From Halocafeteria seosinensis (taxonomy: Eukaryota): a stretch of 33,444 nucleotides of DNA. The notes under the pieces are model-generated. The model was not told the origin of the DNA and ran no database searches. It saw only the letters and a list, made by a program, of their open reading frames with translations. This document shows, piece by piece, positions 1-8,124 of this stretch. Each line of letters opens with the position of its first letter. Positions within the stretch are counted from its first letter, which is position 1. The stretch is from NCBI GenBank assembly GCA_001687465.1, contig LVLI01000805.1, positions 1-33,444 on the forward strand. The letters are read 5' to 3'. The translations under genes were made by a program, and so were the position numbers.

Positions 1-1167
1 GGTCATGGTCATGGTCAAATCATGATATCCGATTCGTGTTCAACAGGGAGGATACTGGGTAATAGTGCAGGCGGTATTGCAGGAAACAGTGTAGGATACA
101 ATCATGGGATTGTCAATATCACGGATTGTTATTCCACTGGGACTATTGAAGGACAACAATCAGGTGGTATTTGTGGAAGGGCTGCTGGTAGTACGAATGG
201 TCAAGTGTTTATTACTCGGTCCTGTTCCACAGGCGATATCATTTCTAGTGGTCAGTACAGTGGTGGTATTGTGGGTGACGATGCTGGTTATCGCCATGGA
301 TTCATTTATATCAAGGAATGTTATAGTATGGGACAAATATCTGCAGATTATAGTGGAGGGATTAGTGGACTGGAGACAGCCGAGAATGAGGGTGAAGTAC
401 ATATCATAGATTGTTATACACGAGGAGATATTAGTGGCACCCAAGCAGGAGGTATCACAGGATGGAGGACAGGAGGGCAATCACCAATTGATACAGGACA
501 GGTATACGTCACAAACACATATGCATCAGGTGCAGTCACAGATACGGATGCTGGTGGAATTATAGGACAGATAGAGACTGGTGCAAGTGGTACCATCGAA
601 GTGAAATATTCGGTGTACAATGGAAATGGAGGAGCAGCGTCGATCGTAGGAGTGGATGATGGAAATAAGCTCGTCGAGACAGACAATTCAGATAATTTGA
701 CAGACATACATGGACAACTGTATCAAGTGGGAGGGTGGTCTGATGACGTATGGGCAGTTGATAGACGGGAAGGTGACGACGAGGAGGAGAATCTGCTACC
801 GATTCTACGCTTTCAAGTACCAGCGAGTCCTACTCCTTCACCCATGTCGACGCCATCAGCGACAACGACAAGGTCGGAGACTCCTTCAGGCAGCTTTACC
901 CCATCTGCGAGTGTCACTCCATCGTCATCGTCATCATCGTCACAGAGCCAAACAAGGACTCCAACTGGAACGGCGATCTTGACTCCAACACGAAGCTCCA
1001 TGCCGACACCTTCGGAAACAAATAGTGCTTCGGTTACGGGTAAACCAAACGACCAGTCTGACAAGGTCACTGTACTGCCTGCTCAAAGACCCAAGCGCAC
1101 GGTAAAAGGCTGGAGATGTTCGTCAAAGCATTTCAAGGAATCAATCAAGAGAAATGTTAAGGCGTAA
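1..1167 (+). CDS. GLUG-like (GGIxG) repeat surface/secreted protein, copy 1; 5' end lies outside the window
   Basis: Frame is open from base 1 (GHGHGQIMISDSCSTG...) and aligns with the middle of the 5699-7654 paralog. It has six ~28-30-aa repeats (CxSTGxIxGxxSGGIxG...GxVxI), a cap motif (GGWSDDVWA...ENLLPILRFQ), an S/T/P-rich stalk and VLPAQRPKRTVKGWRC. No intron seen. Confidence 0.85.
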   Translation, partial: GHGHGQIMISDSCSTGRILGNSAGGIAGNSVGYNHGIVNITDCYSTGTIEGQQSGGICGRAAGSTNGQVFITRSCSTGDIISSGQYSGGIVGDDAGYRHGFIYIKECYSMGQISADYSGGISGLETAENEGEVHIIDCYTRGDISGTQAGGITGWRTGGQSPIDTGQVYVTNTYASGAVTDTDAGGIIGQIETGASGTIEVKYSVYNGNGGAASIVGVDDGNKLVETDNSDNLTDIHGQLYQVGGWSDDVWAVDRREGDDEEENLLPILRFQVPASPTPSPMSTPSATTTRSETPSGSFTPSASVTPSSSSSSSQSQTRTPTGTAILTPTRSSMPTPSETNSASVTGKPNDQSDKVTVLPAQRPKRTVKGWRCSSKHFKESIKRNVKA

Positions 1168-1249
1168 GCCAATAGTTAAGGAGTGAAATTGTCTACAGTA
1201 GCGGGACTCGAACCTTAATAACCTTAAATTAATTACGTACCCAAACAGC

Positions 1250-3250
1250 AATATTGACTCTTCCTTGATGCAATGTGATACAAGTTCATCCACACTGAGC
1301 CCTTCAACCCATCTGCGAAGCACATGAACTTCGGCTTCGTGAGACTCAGTAGTTGCATACTGTCCATCCCCTTATCCAACGGTTTATTTTTGGACTGATA
1401 TAAATGATTCTGCGTATAAAACAGCCACAGAAGAAACGCCAATTGTGCAGATGCAGCCTCACCCTCGAGTAACACCACCAGAAGGTCCAACTTGCTTATA
1501 ACTTTCCCAGAATGGATGGACGATAAAAGCTGCGTCGGCGACTTATTAGCAGTAACAATGGCGACATCTGTAGCAGTAGCGATGAAAGCTTTTCTTTCTG
1601 CTAGCCTAGCATCTCCCGGCGGTACGGCTGATATCTCTAGCTGCTGGTACGGAAATGGTGGGCAGGTCGTCAGTAAGTGCTCACCAGCCATCATCGGAAA
1701 AATCGTCGTCCTCTCGCATTACCTATTCATTGCTCCTGACAAATAGCATAGTTGGGTGACTACGATGCTTACCAAATAGCACCCAGTGAGCATCATTTCC
1801 CGTCTAGCGCAATCCTCACGTGCCAATAGTTCTACCCTCAAGACTCATCGTTTCGGCCATCATGAACAGTTCACTTAGGAATTCGGGCCTTTGTAGAGGA
1901 GCAAGCAGATCGTGAAGAGGAGCAGTTCCACTTAACACGCATAATAAGGCGCTTGCTGGGAAGAAATATTCTTCGCTCACAAGTGCGGTTCTTACTGCTT
2001 TCAGGCGTGCCTCTTCTTAGCATCTTACTGCCGCTTTTGTTGTTGCCTCCAATGCTTTTGCTCCTGACAAATAGCATATGTGGGTGAGGCCATAAAAGCG
2101 ATGCTTTGCCTATGATGCTTATCAAGTAGCGCGCATGAGCATCATGTCCCACCTAAAGTACCAATAGTTCTACCCTCAAGACTCATCGTTTCCAGCCATC
2201 AAGAATAGCTCGCTTTTCAATTCGAACCTTGCCTTTGGAGAGGAGACAAGTGGATCGTGAAGGGGGGCAGTTTTCCTGAACACGCATTATAATGCAGTTG
2301 GTCGGGAGAAATATTCTTTGTTCACATCTTCTCTTCAGCTTCTTCTTGCAGGCTTGTATTGCCTCCAATGCTTTTGCATAAGGGAGCCTCATATCCCTTC
2401 CTGTCTTGTTTGGTTTGCACCCTCTTCCGGTTCTTGACGTGCGCGTTGAGTCTCCGATGAAGACGGCCGCGATTCTTTCAGTTCTCCGTGGACTCACATA
2501 ATCCAGTCCAAATAGCTGATGCGAGAGGGTGAATTCGCTTTCTGCTATCATCTTAGCAATACATATAGCTGATCTGCCGAATCACCAAAGAATTCCTTCA
2601 TGCAAATGGTACTTGTTTCTGCGTATCTTCTTTTAATCTTTTAGCAGCCTCTTCCTGAAGCCACCTGCCAATCATGTAGCATCAGTCCATGTGTTAGACT
2701 ATTTCCAGGCTTACAGTGGTAGACGGTGTTCTTTCTCAGCTACTTTGATTGCTTCTGACGCATTTGCGAAACATCAGGTTGCGGATCAATGCTCTGTCTT
2801 AAATACCCAGGAATTTCTGCACCCTTCTCACCCGACTTTGTCAGCTACCATTTTATCTCTTTTCCGGAAGGCACCCTATCTAAGGACGGTCGGAAACGCG
2901 GCAGACACAATTTCGTCGTTGTGCAACATTTCGCAATACTTCTCCTGACCCCTGAGCGTGATTTCATCTGCTAGTCTAGCCTTTCCGTAGTAACGATAAG
3001 TGGAGGTTTTTGCCTTAGCAGTGTTTTTGTTGTGTTGGACATAAAACTTCCATTCAGCAATATCGCAATAGTGGGAAGCCAAGCAAGCTCTCTTCTCTTC
3101 CTCGGCTGACGGTTCTTCATACTCTCAAAGTCCGCCTTCATGTTTGGAAGGAATAGGAAACCCGGAGTCTATCCTATGAGGCTTCTGTAGACCCTTATCA
3201 CTCCTTCCTCAATCGGCAACCAAATTTCCGGAGGACTAATGTAGTTCTGG
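1250..3250 (-). pseudogene. Decayed coding-like element, copy A (unidentified gene or TE relic); boundaries approximate
   Basis: Patchy ORF fragments on the minus strand with many stops and frameshifts. Colinear similarity to 3640-5260: 1673-1735 ~ 3974-4037 and 2705-2995 ~ 4821-5105. Confidence 0.45.
1730..2377. repeat. Degenerate tandem duplication, unit ~330 bp
   Basis: TTGCTCCTGACAAATAGCATA at ~1730 and ~2058; CCAATAGTTCTACCCTCAAGACTCATCGTTTC at ~1823 and ~2161; TTGCCTCCAATGCTTTTGC at ~2043 and ~2359. Confidence 0.9.
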
Positions 3251-3639
3251 AATCATTGACAAAAACCAAAGTAGTACTGCTGAACCAGTAATGGCTTTAT
3301 TGTGCGGCTGTACATCTGTTGCCTCATTATAATGCTAGACGTAGAGTCAACTGGCGGCAATGCCGCTTTGAAAACGCCAACTTCGCATGCAAGCATGCCG
3401 CTTTGTAGTTTCGGTTGCGTAACGTCGTACAACGTTGGGTCGAACTAGTCATGGCTTTATTATGCGCCAATAAGCCTACCCTCTCTTGAAGTAATCAAGA
3501 ACTACACTATGGAATGTCGTCTATCGCGTGATAGTCTCCTGTCTCTTCACCAACTTTTGTCCCTTTTGTACACCAACACCGCCACGAACTGGAACAAGGC
3601 TTGGTTACGGAGGGTTATATAGCAGTCCCGTAACTCTCT

Positions 3640-5260
3640 TTGGATCGCAATTGTCAGATAAGAGCGTACAACGTTGCCACACTGTAGGCTGAGAACCAAG
3701 TATTAGGAGATCTGGTACCCCAATCATGCGTGTACATGAAGTTGTCAGCTACCACTTAATTTCATTGGATCCACGCGAGATCGGTTATTTACCATTCCGC
3801 ACTTTGTCCTCTTGCGCAACATTTCGCGAGCCATCTTCTGAACTCGTTCCTAGTTACTGCGTATTACGACAGTGACCTTTTCTGTTGTAACCTAGCACTC
3901 GCGCTCATGAGATTACGATAACTCGAACAGTTCGGCCAGTGGCGATGATTATCCCTCTCTAAGTTCCTGATGGGTAAGTGCTCTCCACTCACTATCGTAA
4001 AAAGTCGACGTCCTCTCGCATTTCCCATTCATTGCTCTGGTTGGGTGATGCAATTAGAGTGGCTTCCATTTCGTAGCGCAATTTTTCGACTTCGTCTCGC
4101 TGTGCTTTGCCGCGCGTTGATTTTAGCGATAGAGGCAAATGTGTCCGCTGTAAGCCATTGGTATCGCTTTTCTTCCTTTGATGATTCAATGTCGTAAATG
4201 ACCAACACTTTCTCGTGCTTTCTACACAAGGACTTCATGTTGTGCGACTGTAACGATGGCTGACGACGGGGCCATACCACCTAAGAAGCTCATGCGTAGC
4301 TTGGAGTACCCCGCCTATCCAATCCGGATTTGAGCACATCCAAAGAAGATCATATTGTTGAGCTACTGTCAAGGGAATTTCACACTGCAGAATTTTCCAG
4401 CAGAACGATAGCAAGGCGTACTGTAGCGTTTAACAATCCACTCGTCCATGTTTATCTGGTCTGATAGGATTCTGCCTATGTAGAAGTGGAGGGAGAACAG
4501 CAATTGGGACTTCTCTTCTGTACGGATCCATCTTCCTGGTTCAACTTAGGGTTCATCCTTCGGCGTGTTTCACCTGCCATTGAGCGAACTGACTTTTCCC
4601 CGATTTCGGAATACTCTACATCACGAGCTCCCAAGCCATCTGTGGTTGACTCGTTGCCGTTGCGGGTAACGTAACACTAGAGGACGAAATAGTCGGATCA
4701 GCAGGGAGTGAGCCTGAGTACCAAGTCGTCAACCACCACGGACTGTGATATCAAGTTGTCCGCTATCTACCTCGGCCAGCTACAAGTCATATAGCATGAC
4801 GCCATGCGTTGGACAGCTTCCCAGGCTTACAGGGGTGGAATATGCCCTTTCTCAGTTACTTCGTTCGCTTCTGACGTACTCGTGAAGCATTAGATAACGG
4901 ATAAACGCTTTGTCAAGGATACACGGGAATTGTTTTACCTCTTTCCTTACCCGAGGTTTTCGGCTACCATTCTTTCTCTTTGGGATGTAACTCCTGAAGC
5001 TCCTATGTAACGAGGACCTGCACCGCGGAAGGCACAAATTCATTGTTGCGTCCAACACTTCGCCATACAGATTTCATCTGCCAGCCAAGCCCTTCCGGAG
5101 GTAACATTGGTTTACGCCCTTGCTCTTTACCAGGACGCATCATACACATGATACATAATTCGTTCCTACCTAGCTAAAGATACTACATTGCCCTTACCTG
5201 CTGGAATCCAAGGCTCTTCAGGTTCTCACAGACCTCCTCAGCCATTCTGCCTGTACAAAA
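3640..5260 (-). pseudogene. Decayed coding-like element, copy B; boundaries approximate
   Basis: Same-order homology blocks with copy A at an offset of ~2.1-2.4 kb. Minus-strand peptide EMREDVDF here matches VMREDDDF in copy A; GRAWLADEI matches GKARLADEI. Confidence 0.45.
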
Positions 5261-5698
5261 TACAGCGACTTTGAGCTGCTCTTCGTCTCCAATTTACTAG
5301 TCTTTCAACACACTATAGTTGTAGCAAGTGACATGGCCAACGTTGCTCTTCGTCGACCTCTGGGATTGAGGAGACCATATTATCCGTCGGGATGACAACG
5401 TTCGAACCCGAATTGTGAATTGACGATTGGATTAAAGTCCAGGCTTGGTCGGTTCATCGGCCAAAGATTGAGGTTACTCCGATTTTGAGATATCGCCAAG
5501 GATGTGATTCCCTATCTTAGTTCACCTTTGCGCTAGCCGCTGAGGAAGAGTTGTGGGAGACATACCTTTCGAGCTCGCATTGAGGTGTGCGGCACGGTAC
5601 CCTGTGTGCCAACTGCCAAGAGTGAGCTGTTGACGAGTAGACAGTTTTTTGCTTGTTTGCCTCTGCTTTGAAACTCTAATAGTGTCTTTTAGCAGCGC

Positions 5699-7654
5699 CT
5701 AACATTCTAAACCGTTTACCTTGCGCTTAGGTCTTTGTGCAGGGAGTACATTGATCTGGATATACTGATCATCTGGAGTCGCCGTGGCCGATGCAGTGGA
5801 AGCTCGTGTCGTTGATGGAGTAGATGAGGGTGAAGGAGTCCGAGATGGTGGTGATACCGGTAATTGAAAGCGTAGGATCGGCAGATTGTCCTCTTTGTCG
5901 TCATTAACCGTATCACGCCCTCCATCTAGAGCCCATACGTCATAGGACCATTCCCTTAGTGAATACAGTTGTCCGTGTATTTCTGTCAAATTATCTGAAT
6001 TTCCTGTTTCAACGAGGTTATTCCCATTATCCATTCCTATGACCGACGCTGTCCCTTCATTGCCATTGAATATCGAGTAGTTCACGTGGATGGTCCCAGT
6101 GGCTTCACTCAATATACTTCCTATAATACCACCAGCATCCGTACCAGTGACTGCGCCTGATGCGTATGAATTTTTGATGTATACATCACCTGTAGCAAGG
6201 CTTCCTCCTCCTGTCCTCCCTCCTGTCCTCCCTCCTGCATATTGGCCACTAATACCGCCTCGTGTATAACAATCTATGATATAAACTTTACCGATGTTCG
6301 CTGCTGTATCAAGTCCACTAATCCCTCCGCTATAATCTGCAGACATTTGTCCCATACTATAGCATTCCTTGATATAAACGAGTCCATCGTCGAAACCAGC
6401 ATCATCACCCATAATACCACCACTGTGTCGACCACTGGGAATGATATCTCCTGTGGAATAAGATCGAGTAATATATACTTGACCATTCGTTAAACCAGGC
6501 GCACTACCGCAAATACCCCCGGCATATGCTCCTTCAATATTCCCAGTGGAAAAGCAATCCGTGATAATGGCAATCCCATGACTGTATGCTACCCTGTTTC
6601 CTGCAATACCGCCTGCCTGTGATCCCAGAATTCTCCCTGTCGAATAGGACTTCGATATCTTGATTTTACCATGATCGCGGCCACTTCGAAAACCACAGAT
6701 GCCACCACCCCAGCTTCCAGAAATATCTCCTGATGAGCTACATGAATCTATGATAAAGAATTTCTGCTCGTCCTGGACAATGAATCCACCTTTGTACGCA
6801 GTTGATCCATTCCTACAATCAAGATTCCGAATCATAGGAGCTTGAGCAAACGAAGCAACACTTCCCATTATCCGAAACAGTCCTTGGAAATTATTTGTTC
6901 CATTCAAATCTATAATGTACCCATTTCGTCGACCACCATCAAATGTCTCATTTGCATCCAACGAGATGTAATCTTGGTTTCCGTAGCCATGGTCACTCCA
7001 CGCTAATACACTACAATTCAGTTCAAAAAGGTTCTGATCCAAAGTATAATGAAAGCAGGATTCATTTCCACTCAAAACTGCGGGTCGTAGGTCTCCGGCC
7101 ACTGCCTCATCAGATAGACAACAGAAGTAAAGCAAAACCAACACCATAGCAGCTCCTGGAACGTAAGTCAGAGGCTCTTGCTTTTGGTTCTCTGGCATAT
7201 AAGATTTCCGTCGAGGAAACCTCTGGAAGTGGAGTTTAGAATGCAACAGCGGAGACGAGAGCATCTTCTCAAAAGCATTTCCGGCTGCCGAGCCTTCGTC
7301 GTTCAAGTATTGCCAAACCCCTAATGTTGCAAGGAGGAGGCTAAGACAAATAAACTGTGGCTTCCGGTTTGCAGCTTCCGAGCTATGTTTCCAGAGCTCC
7401 CGTAAAAATAAGTCATCGGCAACAACACGATCCAGCGTCTGCAGGGATGGAGATGAAACGCTCGCATCAACTTCCTCGGCATGTAACTGAGCATTATAAG
7501 AATCACCACTAGCAAATTTACTGTCTTGCTGTGGCTGTACTTGATGTGGGTCCTCTTGGGGCATCTGCGTCCAGGTTGTCTTCGTTTGCCCTCCCAATCT
7601 TACCATCCCGAGACAAAGCACGATGATGACACCAATTCCAGGAAGTATTCCCAT
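5699..7654 (-). CDS. GLUG-like repeat surface/secreted protein, copy 2 (complete; alternative start ATG at 7198)
   Basis: First ATG at 7654 (the ORF-track start at 7669 is TTG). Hydrophobic N-terminal segments precede FDGG..GYIIDL..FQGLF..IRNL, which resembles the FDGNGxTI..GLFG motif before bacterial GLUG repeats. Seven GG(I/R)xG repeats follow, then WSYDVWAL..NLPILRFQ, a short stalk and VLPAQRPKRKVNGLEC*. Intronless. Confidence 0.85.
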   Translation of the reverse strand: MGILPGIGVIIVLCLGMVRLGGQTKTTWTQMPQEDPHQVQPQQDSKFASGDSYNAQLHAEEVDASVSSPSLQTLDRVVADDLFLRELWKHSSEAANRKPQFICLSLLLATLGVWQYLNDEGSAAGNAFEKMLSSPLLHSKLHFQRFPRRKSYMPENQKQEPLTYVPGAAMVLVLLYFCCLSDEAVAGDLRPAVLSGNESCFHYTLDQNLFELNCSVLAWSDHGYGNQDYISLDANETFDGGRRNGYIIDLNGTNNFQGLFRIMGSVASFAQAPMIRNLDCRNGSTAYKGGFIVQDEQKFFIIDSCSSSGDISGSWGGGICGFRSGRDHGKIKISKSYSTGRILGSQAGGIAGNRVAYSHGIAIITDCFSTGNIEGAYAGGICGSAPGLTNGQVYITRSYSTGDIIPSGRHSGGIMGDDAGFDDGLVYIKECYSMGQMSADYSGGISGLDTAANIGKVYIIDCYTRGGISGQYAGGRTGGRTGGGSLATGDVYIKNSYASGAVTGTDAGGIIGSILSEATGTIHVNYSIFNGNEGTASVIGMDNGNNLVETGNSDNLTEIHGQLYSLREWSYDVWALDGGRDTVNDDKEDNLPILRFQLPVSPPSRTPSPSSTPSTTRASTASATATPDDQYIQINVLPAQRPKRKVNGLEC

Positions 7655-8124
7655 TGCGGTTGCCGGCAATCAGATCTTTTTAAGCTAAATGAAGACCAAT
7701 CCACATTTAACTCCTGTTCGTTGTTGTTCACGCACTTTTTCCGGATTCAGCTTGCTTGTCACGTGCGCGTTAGCTTCTGTGCGGGTGGAATCCTGGATTC
7801 TTGCTTCGTACCCACAGAGGTGACAGGTTAACGTACAAGTACACACAGTATGAGTCACCAGTTTTTTATACATGTATTTTCAACACAACTATTTTCAAGT
7901 AGTATACCCCTCCCTAAATCTCGATAGATAGATTGCATTACAACACAACACTGTGCACACAATACAATACTATTTTGTGCAATTGATGGCATCTACACGA
8001 AAGTAAGCCGACAATCATTTTTGGTACCTTCATCCGAACCAAACAATCATTCCGTCGACTTGGGAGAACATGTATTCACTTCTTCAGAGCATACATCTAT
8101 ATATATACCTACCACGTTTGTTTG

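Noticed and set aside
1201..1214. tRNA/B-box-like GGTTCGAGTCCCGC on the minus strand (also GTTCGAACCC near 5400)
   Set aside because: The T-stem does not pair (TAAGG versus CCCGC), and no cloverleaf or A-box is evident. At most a relic or chance match.
3291..3677. Short direct repeats ATGGCTTTATT (3291, 3451) and CGTACAACGTTG (~3426, ~3665) as transposon ends or target-site duplications
   Set aside because: Only 11-12 nt, with no terminal inverted repeats or transposase motifs nearby; cannot be distinguished from decay products or chance.
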